Notes under the pieces: generated by a model
Told to the model about the DNA's origin: nothing
Databases searched by the model: none
What the model saw: only the letters and a program-made list of their open reading frames with translations
Program-made: the position numbers and the translations under genes
Assembly: GCA_044225505.1 (NCBI GenBank)
Contig: JBGAIN010000026.1
Span: 1 to 64,000 of the forward strand
Direction: 5' to 3'
DNA: 64,000 bases
Source of the DNA: Limisphaerales bacterium
GTDB taxonomy: Bacteria; Verrucomicrobiota; Verrucomicrobiia; Limisphaerales; SIBE01
Shown: piece by piece, positions 19,473 through 30,201 of the stretch
Numbering within the stretch: the first letter of the stretch is position 1
Layout of the letters: each line of letters opens with the position of its first letter

Positions 19473-22094
19473 TTACGGGCCCCAAACAAACTCCCCCGAA
19501 GCCACCTGCCAATCCTCGCCGAAAAATCCCGCAGCCCGCACCGCCTTGAACCCTTCGGTGGGTAAATCTGCTCCCAAGACCAGGCAGTCTGGGAAACCTG
19601 CTCCCGAAACAAAATACGGCATCCGTTCCGTCGCCCAAGCGCCCGATAGACCTGTCCCGCCAACTCCCGCGATGAGTGCGTTCGGGTCACGAGGATGCGG
19701 CTGAACAAATAGGCAACCGACGTCTTCACCTGTCCATTCATGATCTCCCATCTGCAGCCGCCCTCGCTGGACTTGGACCGGACTACCCCCCAGTAACGCC
19801 GCCCAGGCAGCGTTAATCTCCTTGTTTCCATACAAGATCAAGTTGCGAGACCGACCGCGTGACGCAGGGTCGTTTCGGAGTGTGCCCTCATGGCCGATCA
19901 CATCGGTGTCAGCGACGATTTCGAACGACCCATTGCCACGGTAATAAAAGGTCTCGGCATCATAGCGGGCCTTGGCTAGCGTCCAGGCGTTCTCCTCGGC
20001 AGTACCCTTCGAGCCGTAAACCAGGATAGCGTGGCGGCGAAAAGCTTCCCGAAAGGGACCAGATCGCTCAGGCCTCTTTAGGTCGGCAGACGGATACTCC
20101 CCCACCTTCCAATCCGAGCCTTTCCGAACCAGGCACAGACTAGCCAGGGAGGTGGAATTTGTCGGATCACCCAAAATCAGATCCGCGATCGTTTGGCCAT
20201 CGAGTTCGATAGTCAACCCAGACCCAGCTGGAATGGTCGGAAACCTCAATTGAAGACGGCTGACATTTGTCGTCAAACCCACGATTCGCCTTTTGCCCGG
20301 GTCGCAGCGAACGTCGACCAGGCTCGGTTCCAAGGCTCTTTCCTGGCCAAGAATAGTCACCCAATGCGATCTTGAAGCAACGGCCGGGTTCACAGTGATG
20401 AATCGAACGCGGCGAATCTCGCGATCGGACGGGATCCGATGAGAAGCAAAGAAATCAAACATGGGCGCCCAGTCCACGCAATCTGCTCCAGGCTCGTCTG
20501 AGGCGTCCCACCAATGCCCAGCACCGCGCTGCTCATAAGAATCGAAGTCACGGTGAAACTCCCCCAAAAATCGACGCATCTCGCGGGCTTCACGTGGTGG
20601 CACATTATCATCCGCGTCACCGTGCAGAATATAGATGCCCAATTGCAGGTAATTGGTGCCCATCTGTAGCGTATCACTGGAAGCGGCGGCACGCTGTAGC
20701 ATTTGTTGCACAGCATTGATGCCTGAAAGCCGATTCGAATTCGCATAACTGGTGAAGCTGATCCAACCGGCGCTAGGCCCAATCGCCGCAAAGCGATCAG
20801 GATAAAGGGCGCCAAGCTGCCAAGTCCCATGCCCCCCCATGGAGTGACCCGTCAGGTAAACTCGTTGCGGATCGGGACGATATCGCGCGGTAGCCAAATC
20901 CAAAACCTCCATAGCATCCGCCCGTCCCCACTCCTCCCAATCGAAGCCGTAAGGACGCCGATTCGTCGGACAAACAATCGGCCCGGCCGCTTTCGCCTCA
21001 TATGCCTCGGACTGGCCTCGTGCTTCCACGCCTGCACCATGGAGCGACAGGAACAGCGCAGCCCCAGCGGTTTCTTTTTCAGCGGCCATTGCAGGCTGGA
21101 CCGCGTAATACTGCACGCTCCCATCGATATCGCTGATAAAGGTTCTCGTGTGGGATTGTTCAGAGCGGCGAACTCGTAACTCGATTTCCGCCTTGGCCGG
21201 TCGCGTATCCTGATGATTCAGATCGATCGCCTCGAGTGTTACGGCCAAGCGATTCGACAGTAAAGATTGCATTGGAGAAATCAGGAAAGGAGCTTTGCAG
21301 ATTCCTAACGGCGGAATTACGCAGGTTTGCGCAGAACTGCCGACCTCCACGACTCTCAGGGAAGCCCGCATGAAATCGCGAGTCGCATTGATAAGAACGG
21401 TCGCACCCCAGAGCGGTTCGTTCTCGCCTAAAAGAACGTCGGGCAAAGTGCTGTCAGCCGTGTGAATGCTCAGAGCTTCGGGAGACGCAATGAGCTTGGC
21501 TCGAAACTCACCGCGACCCGATTGAAAAAGGAAGTCGTTGGTGCCGGCGTGCAAAGCAACAGGCAGACGCAAGTAGCCAAATCCATACGAATCGCCCCCT
21601 CTGATCTCCCCGTTCACGTAGACACAACCATGACCCGCCGCCTCTAAAAGCATGATTTGCTCCCGACCGCTCGCGACGGGCCAATAGACGTAGCCTCCCC
21701 GGGCCACGGATCCCTTTAGAATACCGCGATCGTCAGCGGTTGCACTTTCCCAGTGTTGTTCACTGTTCGCGCTGCCGGAAACGCCGGCCCCCAATTGAGG
21801 TGCGCGCCACTTACCCGCCACAATCTGCGCCTCGATGGGATCCAAATGCACCGCAGACCGGCCTGGTCTTGACACCGACCGGATGACAAGCACATCTCGC
21901 ATGACAACCTCCGCCGGGGGGCCTTCATTCTCAGCCGCAAAAGGGCGAGGAAGGCAGCAACTCCATCCGAGCGATGACGCAATCAGAAGATAACGCAAAT
22001 CCACCGTGGCAAGTTGCCGCAGGAACGGACTTCCGGTCAATCGCGTTCTCCGAGAACCAAGGCACCGTCTCCCGCGTAGACGGGAGTTAACCAC
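19473..22094 (-). CDS. Secreted alpha/beta-hydrolase (prolyl oligopeptidase/esterase-like), multi-domain
   Basis: LSLHGAG, YLTGHSMGGHG, LHGDADDNV and GAGHWW catalytic-triad motifs. Confidence 0.85.
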   Translation of the reverse strand: MVNSRLRGRRCLGSRRTRLTGSPFLRQLATVDLRYLLIASSLGWSCCLPRPFAAENEGPPAEVVMRDVLVIRSVSRPGRSAVHLDPIEAQIVAGKWRAPQLGAGVSGSANSEQHWESATADDRGILKGSVARGGYVYWPVASGREQIMLLEAAGHGCVYVNGEIRGGDSYGFGYLRLPVALHAGTNDFLFQSGRGEFRAKLIASPEALSIHTADSTLPDVLLGENEPLWGATVLINATRDFMRASLRVVEVGSSAQTCVIPPLGICKAPFLISPMQSLLSNRLAVTLEAIDLNHQDTRPAKAEIELRVRRSEQSHTRTFISDIDGSVQYYAVQPAMAAEKETAGAALFLSLHGAGVEARGQSEAYEAKAAGPIVCPTNRRPYGFDWEEWGRADAMEVLDLATARYRPDPQRVYLTGHSMGGHGTWQLGALYPDRFAAIGPSAGWISFTSYANSNRLSGINAVQQMLQRAAASSDTLQMGTNYLQLGIYILHGDADDNVPPREAREMRRFLGEFHRDFDSYEQRGAGHWWDASDEPGADCVDWAPMFDFFASHRIPSDREIRRVRFITVNPAVASRSHWVTILGQERALEPSLVDVRCDPGKRRIVGLTTNVSRLQLRFPTIPAGSGLTIELDGQTIADLILGDPTNSTSLASLCLVRKGSDWKVGEYPSADLKRPERSGPFREAFRRHAILVYGSKGTAEENAWTLAKARYDAETFYYRGNGSFEIVADTDVIGHEGTLRNDPASRGRSRNLILYGNKEINAAWAALLGGSPVQVQRGRLQMGDHEWTGEDVGCLFVQPHPRDPNALIAGVGGTGLSGAWATERMPYFVSGAGFPDCLVLGADLPTEGFKAVRAAGFFGEDWQVASGEFVWGP

Positions 22095-22141
22095 TCGACC
22101 AGCAGCGATCGCCGATAAACGCTAGCCGCACGCTCTTCCTG

Positions 22142-24496
22142 TCATTTGCGATGATCCAAACGAGAGTGCCAAAACTCAAATCGTGGCTCGGGAGCCCAGG
22201 GTTTGCAGGCCACGAGCGTCTGACCGTCGGGAGAGAAATCTACATAGGCAGAGATTTGCTTGAACGGAAGGTTGGCTACCTCACGGCGGGTGGGAACATT
22301 CCAGAGCTTCACCGATCGATTTCCGCACAGAGCAGCTACTGTCTTGTCATCCGGTGAGAACGCAACACCGAAAACACCCTCCTTGTGCCCCTCCAAGCGA
22401 CCGATCACCTCCGTGGTATCACTTCGCCAGAGCACGACTTTGCCGTCCACGCTGGCGGTTGCAATGATTCTGCCGTCACTGGAATACGCCGCGGACCAAA
22501 CGTCGAACGCATGGTGCTTAACGGCTCGCATGTCCCTCAATCCTGAGCTGAAGAGCAAAACCTCATTGACACCTTCCCGAACAACGGCCAGTTGCTTGCC
22601 ATCGGGAGAAAAGGTCAGGAAAGTGACTCGTTTCAAACTCGGAAGCGGCACCTGATCAACCAGTCGGCCAGTCCGGAGGTCCCACTCGCCTAGTTGCCCA
22701 GGTTCGAGTTCTGCAACCAAAAACTGTCGATCAGGCGACGCTCTGAGCACGTCGAATTGAGGTAAAGGTGGGCTGAGAGAGTGTAGAGCGGAGGTCTCGC
22801 CTCCGGCCAGAGAAGCGCGCCGTAGTCCCCCCGGCCCGATTGTAATTAGAGCCTTTCCGTCATCTTCATATCCAATGGCACACGCCGCGTTTTCGATAAT
22901 TCGGGTCACATGCTCGGTCGGGAGATCAACCAGCGCAACCCGGTCTTGGCCAATCCCAACGGCCATGGTTTGTCCGTCGGGAGAAAAGACCCTCGGGCCT
23001 GGAATCGCGGTGACCTGGGTGTTGAGTTCCTCGTTACGAGGCTCTGGCAATGCCCACCATAACAGAGCACCCCCTTTGCCGACGCTGGCGAGGTTACGTC
23101 CGTCTCTGCCAATCGCGACGGACCAAACTTCGTCATCATGTCCTTGTAACGAGCCATAGAGCTGCCCGGAGCTCAGTTCCCAAACGCGGATGGACTGGTC
23201 GGAGCTGGCGCTGACCAGAAACCGACCGTCGTTCGAAAAAGCGATTGCCCAGACATTGGCGGTATGGCCGCGGAGCTGATGGAGAAGCTTTCGGCTTGCG
23301 ATCTCCCATAGCCAGATCTCGTGCGTTGGGTTCGAAGCGCCCGCCACCGACGCCGCTAGCAGTTTGCCGTCCGGCGAACACGCGATCGCGTGCACGAATC
23401 CTTCAGCCCTATCGAATTGAGTATACTGCCCGGTCTGCAAATCGTAACGGGCGATGCCTCCCTGAATCGGCCCCGAGAACAGCTGATTTCCATCGGCAGC
23501 CCAAGCCACGCGTGAGCCCGCGGCGGGCCAGGAACGCACCTCTTCGAGACGCGCGCTATCCCATACTCGAAGAGGTCCTTCACCATCCCCCCAGACCCGA
23601 CCTCCGCACAATGCAAGCTGCGGCCCAGATCTCGCAAATGTTGCAAAGGTCCATCGCCCTGTAAAATTGGTGACCAACTGACGCGAGTTCACATGCCAAA
23701 CGTAAGCGCCCGAAGCGTCTGTCGCAGCAGCTAGCATTTGACCGTCGCTGCGATAACTCAGCGTGGTAAATCGTTTTCCCGGCAGAAAGATCTGCGAGCG
23801 GAAGCGTAAGGAATCTGAATCCCAGAATTTGATGAAACCGTCAAAGCCAGCTGTCGCGATCGTGCGCCCATCCGGACTGAACACAACCGCTGAAGCAAGA
23901 TTTGAATGAGCCTGGATGATCTTCAATTGATCGCCTTTGGCGAGTTCGTTGAAGTAAGCCCACTCAAACCCTCGCAAGTCTCTCGCTCCCCGAGACGGAA
24001 CGTGGGCATGCAGCAGCGCCCGAGCCCTTCCCCAATTCCCTTCCGTCACCGACAACTCGACCAACTTCATATCCGCGGCATATAAGTTTTCCGCCAGTGT
24101 CCGTTCGCTGTTTCGGATACGCCATGCCATAATCGGCGAACCGATGGCCACGACCAGGAACAGCAAGGCGACCGCCGCCGCTAAACCAGATAGGGCTGGT
24201 TTACGTCGGCAGTACCGCCAAAGTTTTTCCACGGGCCCGGCCGGACGCGAGTGAATCGGCTCGCCTGCCAGAAATCGCTTCAACTCATCGGCGAGATCCT
24301 TGGCGGAAGAAAACCGCTGATCGGGATTTTTCTGCAAGCACCTCAAACAAATCGTCTCAAGATCTCGGGGTATTTGGGGATTGATCAATTGCGGAGAGAC
24401 GGGCTCTTGATGGAGCACTTGATCTAACGTGTGCGCCATCGAATCTCCCTGGAAGGGCGGACGTCCAGTCAGCAAATGATAAAGCGTCGCGCCCAA
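22142..24496 (-). CDS. C-terminal part of a Ser/Thr kinase-WD40 protein (kinase C-lobe, TM helix, WD40 repeats), split by a frameshift
   Basis: GATLYHLLTGRPPF, DLETICLRCLQK, a TM segment and many GH...AFSPDG...W repeats. Confidence 0.85.
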   Translation of the reverse strand: MGATLYHLLTGRPPFQGDSMAHTLDQVLHQEPVSPQLINPQIPRDLETICLRCLQKNPDQRFSSAKDLADELKRFLAGEPIHSRPAGPVEKLWRYCRRKPALSGLAAAVALLFLVVAIGSPIMAWRIRNSERTLAENLYAADMKLVELSVTEGNWGRARALLHAHVPSRGARDLRGFEWAYFNELAKGDQLKIIQAHSNLASAVVFSPDGRTIATAGFDGFIKFWDSDSLRFRSQIFLPGKRFTTLSYRSDGQMLAAATDASGAYVWHVNSRQLVTNFTGRWTFATFARSGPQLALCGGRVWGDGEGPLRVWDSARLEEVRSWPAAGSRVAWAADGNQLFSGPIQGGIARYDLQTGQYTQFDRAEGFVHAIACSPDGKLLAASVAGASNPTHEIWLWEIASRKLLHQLRGHTANVWAIAFSNDGRFLVSASSDQSIRVWELSSGQLYGSLQGHDDEVWSVAIGRDGRNLASVGKGGALLWWALPEPRNEELNTQVTAIPGPRVFSPDGQTMAVGIGQDRVALVDLPTEHVTRIIENAACAIGYEDDGKALITIGPGGLRRASLAGGETSALHSLSPPLPQFDVLRASPDRQFLVAELEPGQLGEWDLRTGRLVDQVPLPSLKRVTFLTFSPDGKQLAVVREGVNEVLLFSSGLRDMRAVKHHAFDVWSAAYSSDGRIIATASVDGKVVLWRSDTTEVIGRLEGHKEGVFGVAFSPDDKTVAALCGNRSVKLWNVPTRREVANLPFKQISAYVDFSPDGQTLVACKPWAPEPRFEFWHSRLDHRK

Positions 24497-25254
24497 TCCG
24501 TAAACGTCGCTTCTGGGACTGACCTTTCCACGACTGGCGCCGCCTGCTCAGGAGGCATGTAAGACGGGGAACCCAAAGCTTGGCCGGTAACCGTCAGGCT
24601 AGAATCTCCTTCGATGCGCCTTGCCAGTCCAAAGTCGGTCACTCGCGGAGTGTCATTCTTACCGATCAGGACGTTGGAAGGCTTCAGATCTCGATGGAGG
24701 ATGCCGCATCCGTGGGCATACTGAATGGCCTCCGCTATCGTTTTGACATAAGCAGCAGCCCGACGCGGCGCTAAGACTTCGGTCCGAATTAAAGTCGCCA
24801 AATTCGGTCCATCCACGTAGTCCATCACCAGAAAATGCTGACCATCGCAGATCCCGACCTCATGGACAGCCACAATGCTCGGGTGATGCAAGCCACCGGC
24901 AGCAACGGCCTCGGCCCGGAAACGCCGGATCACCGTCTGGCTGGCCATCGGACCAAAGAGCAACATTTTGACGGCCACAGTGCGATCCAGACTCTTCTGC
25001 CGCGCTTTGTAGACAATCCCCATCCCGCCCCTCGCGACCTCCTCCAAAAGTTCGTAGTCACCAAAACGGCGCGCTGGACCGGCCCTTTCCGAGCTCTGTT
25101 CCAAAGGGGTCTCTTCCGCCGCTTCGCTCCGGGTGGAATGGTCTAGATCCAAAGCGCCACGCAGTGCGCAAGTTGAGCAAAGCCCCTTCGGCCAATTCGC
25201 CGGCAACGGAGCACCACATTCCGCACAGCCTTGTTGAGCACCTGGCATATACAT
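24469..25254 (-). CDS. N-terminal part of a Hanks-type Ser/Thr protein kinase (zinc ribbon plus kinase), frameshifted near 24540
   Basis: CAECG...CSTC; ARGGMGIVY, VAVK, HRDLKPSN, DFGLA and GSPSYMPPEQ motifs. Subdomain IX (SDVYGLG) continues in another frame. Confidence 0.88.
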   Translation of the reverse strand: MYMPGAQQGCAECGAPLPANWPKGLCSTCALRGALDLDHSTRSEAAEETPLEQSSERAGPARRFGDYELLEEVARGGMGIVYKARQKSLDRTVAVKMLLFGPMASQTVIRRFRAEAVAAGGLHHPSIVAVHEVGICDGQHFLVMDYVDGPNLATLIRTEVLAPRRAAAYVKTIAEAIQYAHGCGILHRDLKPSNVLIGKNDTPRVTDFGLARRIEGDSSLTVTGQALGSPSYMPPEQAAPVVERSVPEATFTDWARRFIIC

Positions 25255-25658
25255 TGTCTCAAATGATTCAGGGGCAAAAACGGCAAAAGGTTGCTCCAAA
25301 TTGGCACTTCCGTCAGGTCGGCATCAAGATTGTTTCGGACAGCCATCCTCCTCCGGAACATCACTTACCTCTCGGCACATCAGTGAACGCCAAAATTCCA
25401 GGCGAAGCCCTTACGGAGTTCTTAACGGGACTCGTACCAACGGAGAGATAGCACATTTGACACGGGAGCATCGAACAACCTTTTTTCCCGGACTAATCTC
25501 CCATGCTCCGGCATGTCTTGCGAAAGATTCACCGTATCCCTTTAGGCTGGTTAACTGGTATGCAGCGCGTTTCGGAGCTCGGGCACAGCCGGGCCTTCCA
25601 GCCTCGTTGGAGTGTTGGCTCGGATGGCACCAGAAGCGAACCCGAAGGTTTGACGAGC

Positions 25659-26414
25659 TCAGTAGCTTAGAAGTGTAATGAGATGCCGAATCTCATCATC
25701 GACATCTTCCTGTCGAGTAACCGTTTGTGCGATCTCTTCGCGAATAATCTCTCGATGCCGTCGACGCAGCCGGTGCATCGCGGATTTAATGGCGACTTCA
25801 CTCATCCCTAACTCCGCGCCGAGCTGGGCGTATGTTGCCGGGCCGTGCTCCCCAGGCTGCAGTTCCTTGAGCTTCGCGAAAAGCGCCGTTTTCCCGCTCT
25901 CATGGTATTCTCGACCCAAGCGTTGAAGGGCTTGGTTCAGGATAGCGTGCGCCCAACTGCGCTCAAATAACTCATCCGGGCTGACATGGTGACCGGCCTG
26001 CGCAACGTAGAGATCCTCAGTCGCGGTATCATCCAAAGAGAGCGCGGGTTTTCCGCCCCCCCGTTTTTGCGCCAGCGCTTTATCTCGTTCATCCGAAAGG
26101 AAGTGTTTAACAAACGTCAGCAAAAAGGAGCGGAATTTGCCGCGTTCATGACGCAAGTGGCGAAGGTATTCTTTGGACAGGAGCCGCAAGAAGAATTCCT
26201 GGGTCAGATCCTGGGCGTCGGAGGGCGGGTATCCCTTGCGTCGAATGAAAGCGTAGACAGGACGCCAATAAATCTGGCAAAGCATTTCCAACGCTTCCCC
26301 CGCTCGCATCGAATCGCCTTCTTTGGCCTCGAGCACGACGCTCCAGTGCGTGGTGACAAACCAACCGCGTCCAGCGCTTGGAGATCCGGACCCCTCTGGT
26401 TGAGGCGTAAGCAC
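25659..26414 (-). CDS. ECF-type RNA polymerase sigma factor, kinase-associated type
   Basis: FVTTHWSVV, YWRPVYAFIRR, DAQDLTQEFF, GKFRSFL and region-4 HTH YAQLGAELGMS...HRLRRR. Confidence 0.92.
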   Translation of the reverse strand: MLTPQPEGSGSPSAGRGWFVTTHWSVVLEAKEGDSMRAGEALEMLCQIYWRPVYAFIRRKGYPPSDAQDLTQEFFLRLLSKEYLRHLRHERGKFRSFLLTFVKHFLSDERDKALAQKRGGGKPALSLDDTATEDLYVAQAGHHVSPDELFERSWAHAILNQALQRLGREYHESGKTALFAKLKELQPGEHGPATYAQLGAELGMSEVAIKSAMHRLRRRHREIIREEIAQTVTRQEDVDDEIRHLITLLSY

Positions 26415-26463
26415 ACTGCATTGGATAGCAAATGATTAACGGTGCGTCAGCCGAAAAGGAGTC

Positions 26464-26900
26464 CTAAAATTCTTGCGCGCAAGCCGACGATTGAGGTTCC
26501 GGAAACCACAAGTCGTTCGCACTCAGGCCGCATTCCTGAATCATCGCAAAGCAATACGCTAGCTTGCTCACAGCATTCTGCGGTTCGTTTCCACCCCCGC
26601 AGACCAAGCGCACTCCAGCAGCCTTGGCCCTTTTTATAAACTCTGGACTCGGGACATGAAGCCGATCGTCAATCTCCAACGCAACGCGGCCGTTCTTGGC
26701 TGCCTCAATAACACGGTCCATCCGATCGTTCGTCCAGAGTTTTGCATAACGGCTACGAAACGACTCCGGAAGGACCGTCGCGGCGGCCAGGACTTGAACG
26801 CCTCGGATCTGAGTCATCCGCAGGATCACCGCGATCGACTGATCGACATAACGCTCGGGATCATCATCCCCTCCTGCCCGCGCCTTCAGGGCTAAAGAAG
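26464..26900 (-). CDS. PHP-domain-like C-terminal fragment protein (start unclear)
   Basis: LWTNDRMDRVIEAAKNGRVALEIDDRLHVPSPEFIKRAKAAGVR resembles a PHP C-terminal half; the frame stays open upstream of GTG 26829. Confidence 0.55.
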
Positions 26901-27090
26901 ACCAAGATAAGGATGGCGGGCAGAACGATGTGAGAGCGCGTTTGTGGATCCTGTGGGCAGGAATGGTTGGTGGCCGTGATCAAATCGAGATCAGCTTACC
27001 GAAGGACTGAAAGCTTGACCAGCAAGGGAAAGCCCACACCAAAGGCGGGCGATCCCCGCAGTAAACCGAAAAAGTCTGCTGATGCTACAC

Positions 27091-28023
27091 TCACAACTCA
27101 TCAGAAGCGAGGGTCAGAAGCACATGCGGCTCCCCTTCGAGATTCAACAAAGACATTATGACATCGATCGCACGGCATCCCCCCGACGCCGTCCGGAGCT
27201 GGGTCGCCTCCCGCCGAGTGACGCCATCTCGAACCAACTGCTCGAGGGATCGTCGCACCTGATCAACATCCTTCCAAAGGGATAGGTTCGCCTCCGTCCG
27301 CTGAAAGAAGTACTCACGACCGTATTCAGTGAATCGCAGGAAGGCTGCATTGACATCGACGAAAGCACGATCAGACCATCGTTGCAGTGCGACGGGAAAC
27401 GGGCTTCCTTGGAAAGCCTTGGAGAATCGCTCCTCCCGAGCCGCGAGCGCCCGGTTGGCTTTGGTCATTTCTTCGGTTCGTTGGCGGACTAGAGCCTCCA
27501 ATTCAGCCATCCGCAGGTTCGCCTTTAGATTCAGAAGCCACTTACTGGTAAGGGCGTGGGCGAGCTGTTGCACCTCGACATTATCGAATGGCTTCTTGAG
27601 CACAACCAGGCTGTCCGGGCGTCCTATCTTGGCCTGGAGTTCCTTCCAGGAGTAGTCTGCGTAAGCTGTGCACACGACAATTTGGAGACCGGGGTAGAAT
27701 TCCCAAATTCGAGAGATCGTCTCTACGCCGTCCCAACCCGGAGGCATGCGCACATCCACAAACGCCATGGCGTAGGGCTGGTTCTCGGCCAGGGCCTTTC
27801 TTACCACCTCTAATCCCTCCTGTCCTTGATAGGCACTATCTAGCTGGAAACAGCTTGATTCCGCGGCAGTTTGTTTCTCGTCGAAAAGCGCCATTTCCAG
27901 ATTGCTTAACAGCGAGTCATCGTGAGTTTCAGGACAAAGAATTTTCCGAAAGTCAGCATGAATGGTCGGATTATCATCGATCACCAGAATCCGACGGTTC
28001 AAATCTAAATCGGGGGCATTCAT
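27091..28023 (-). CDS. Response regulator (REC, coiled coil, PAS), no output domain
   Basis: RILVIDDN, AFVDVRMPPGWDG, CTAY and KPFD motifs; EERFSKAF...FVDVN PAS domain. Confidence 0.9.
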   Translation of the reverse strand: MNAPDLDLNRRILVIDDNPTIHADFRKILCPETHDDSLLSNLEMALFDEKQTAAESSCFQLDSAYQGQEGLEVVRKALAENQPYAMAFVDVRMPPGWDGVETISRIWEFYPGLQIVVCTAYADYSWKELQAKIGRPDSLVVLKKPFDNVEVQQLAHALTSKWLLNLKANLRMAELEALVRQRTEEMTKANRALAAREERFSKAFQGSPFPVALQRWSDRAFVDVNAAFLRFTEYGREYFFQRTEANLSLWKDVDQVRRSLEQLVRDGVTRREATQLRTASGGCRAIDVIMSLLNLEGEPHVLLTLASDEL

Positions 28024-30005
28024 CAGCTGGCCACATTCGCCGTCGGCTTTTCCCGTCGTGCGCTCCGAGCCACAGGCAGATCTAGGATAAAGGTCGCCCC
28101 ACGACCGACTCCGTCACTCTGGGCCGTCAAGCTGCCTCCCATCTCCTTCGCCGCGTTAGCTCCACTGTGTAGGCCGAAGCCGTGACCATCCTTCTTAGTA
28201 GTAAACCCGTGGTTGAAGATCTTGACGATATTCTCGGGGGAAATCCCGATTCCGTTGTCACACACCGTAATCCTAGCATGAGCTGGCGGCGCCGGAGCCA
28301 GGCGGATGATCAACCGTTTGCCATCCGCATTCTGTTTGTCCATGGCGTATTTGGCGTTGCGCAAAAGATTGATCAGGATTTGAAGAACTTTGTGTCGATC
28401 CACGCAAACTGAAGGAGTCTCCGGATCGATTTCCCGAACGACCTGAATCCGGTGCCGCTCAAACGCGGCCCCATTCAATCGCAACGCATCCTCCACCAAC
28501 TCCATCGGCGAGACGTTCTCGTACGCACCTGAAACCTTCGCGTAGCTTTGTTGCATAGCGACGATTTCCTTAATGTGCTCGACGTGTTGGCCGACAGAGT
28601 TCATTTCGCCGAGCAACTTCGTCTGCTCGACGGCCAACTGGTCCGCGACGTTGCACAGGTAGTCTGGCAGTACTTTGCCCTTGGGATCGCTGCTGAGAAA
28701 CTCAGCCAATTGACCGTTCTTTTCCCGTAACATGGCGGTCGCCCGGCACAGATACGACACTTTGGATTGACGTAACCGGTCCGCCACGAGCGTCGCGGAG
28801 ACACTCAGACTGTTGAGCACATTACCAACATTATGAAGAACCCCAGTTGCCACTTCGGCCATGCCCGCTAAACGAGATTGCTCCACCAGTTGTCGATTGA
28901 GTTTGCCCAATTCTTCCGCCGCAGCTTTTTGCTCCGTCACATTCTCGAAGATGCCGCGGACAGCAATGGGCCGCTCTTGCTCAAGCAGGACAACTCCACT
29001 TTCCCGTAGCCATACAGCACTCCCGTCCGCCGCGAGCATACGATACTCATAATGATAAGGCTCGTGCTGAGCCACCAATTTACGGCAGTTCTCAAGCGTT
29101 TTGGACGCATCGTCCGGGTGTAACTTCTGACGCCAAAAATCCGGATTAGCCAGCCATTCGTCTGGTCTATAGCCGAGTAACCGCTCGCTCTGCCGGCTCA
29201 CGAATGTGAATTGGAATGTGTCCGGCGTTCGTTCCCAGACAATTCCGTCGATCGAATGGACCAGAGCATCCAACTGCTGGCCCGAACGCTTCAACGCTCC
29301 GTCTTGCAGTTGGATCTGGATCAACATCTGATTGAAAGCATCAGTAAATACACCGATCTCATCGCCCCCAAACTTCTCAGCGCGAAGCGTAAAGTCTTTC
29401 TCCTCGGCAATACGACGTGCCGTTGAACAGAGCTGCAAAATCGGTCTCGAGATCACCGCCTGAAGACTTGACGAAAGCCAGATCGCGAAAAGGTTTGAAG
29501 CCACCAAAACTCCGAGCACAATGGTTATATACCGCCCGAGGCGTGAGTAGAGCTGCCGCATGTCCGAGGCAATGAAGACAGTTCCAATGGGCTGTCCTTT
29601 AAGAAGCACCTTCCTATAGAGTCTCAAATTTCCACCCGAGAAGTCATTCCCATCATGGGCGGGTGGCTTTGCAGGCAGGGCATAAGCTTGACCCGGATGT
29701 CGTTGATAACTTGCAAATAGCGAAGCTTGGGCGTCGAAGAGAGCCGCGGCCACCACATAAGGCTCGTGCCTCAATTCGCTGAGCATCTCCTCGGCCACCG
29801 GCGGATCATTGAAGGTTAATGCCGCTGTGCTTAAGTTCGCGAGTATCTTCGCTTGCGCAGATACGTCGCTCACAATAGCGCCTCTAAAATTCTGGATCTC
29901 GTAGGCGACTAACACTACACCCGCCAGCCCAAGTGCCGTTGTCGTGCTGAGCAAAGTCAGCCAAGACAACTTTCGTTTGAAAGACAGATTGTGTAACGAT
30001 CTCAT
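28023..30005 (-). CDS. Membrane sensor histidine kinase (YfiN-like periplasmic domain, HAMP, PAS, HisKA, HATPase)
   Basis: Two TM helices; DEIG...FNQM HAMP; LHNVGNVLN H-box; NLLRNA, DNGIGI, FTTK and GHGFGL boxes. Confidence 0.93.
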   Translation of the reverse strand: MRSLHNLSFKRKLSWLTLLSTTTALGLAGVVLVAYEIQNFRGAIVSDVSAQAKILANLSTAALTFNDPPVAEEMLSELRHEPYVVAAALFDAQASLFASYQRHPGQAYALPAKPPAHDGNDFSGGNLRLYRKVLLKGQPIGTVFIASDMRQLYSRLGRYITIVLGVLVASNLFAIWLSSSLQAVISRPILQLCSTARRIAEEKDFTLRAEKFGGDEIGVFTDAFNQMLIQIQLQDGALKRSGQQLDALVHSIDGIVWERTPDTFQFTFVSRQSERLLGYRPDEWLANPDFWRQKLHPDDASKTLENCRKLVAQHEPYHYEYRMLAADGSAVWLRESGVVLLEQERPIAVRGIFENVTEQKAAAEELGKLNRQLVEQSRLAGMAEVATGVLHNVGNVLNSLSVSATLVADRLRQSKVSYLCRATAMLREKNGQLAEFLSSDPKGKVLPDYLCNVADQLAVEQTKLLGEMNSVGQHVEHIKEIVAMQQSYAKVSGAYENVSPMELVEDALRLNGAAFERHRIQVVREIDPETPSVCVDRHKVLQILINLLRNAKYAMDKQNADGKRLIIRLAPAPPAHARITVCDNGIGISPENIVKIFNHGFTTKKDGHGFGLHSGANAAKEMGGSLTAQSDGVGRGATFILDLPVARSARREKPTANVAS

Positions 30006-30201
30006 TTTACCTTCTGCATCCCCAGGGGCTCGATAACATCAGCGAGTCACTGGCGTTGCAGCTCTCCGCAACTTGGGCATTCGCAACTCCCTGGAACCAA
30101 AACGACACTTCACCCACCCACGCGAGCCAGTGATTGAAGGCCCGGCACCTGAGATAACACCACCAACTCGTTCGGATCATAGTCGCATTCTTATTCGAGT
30201 T

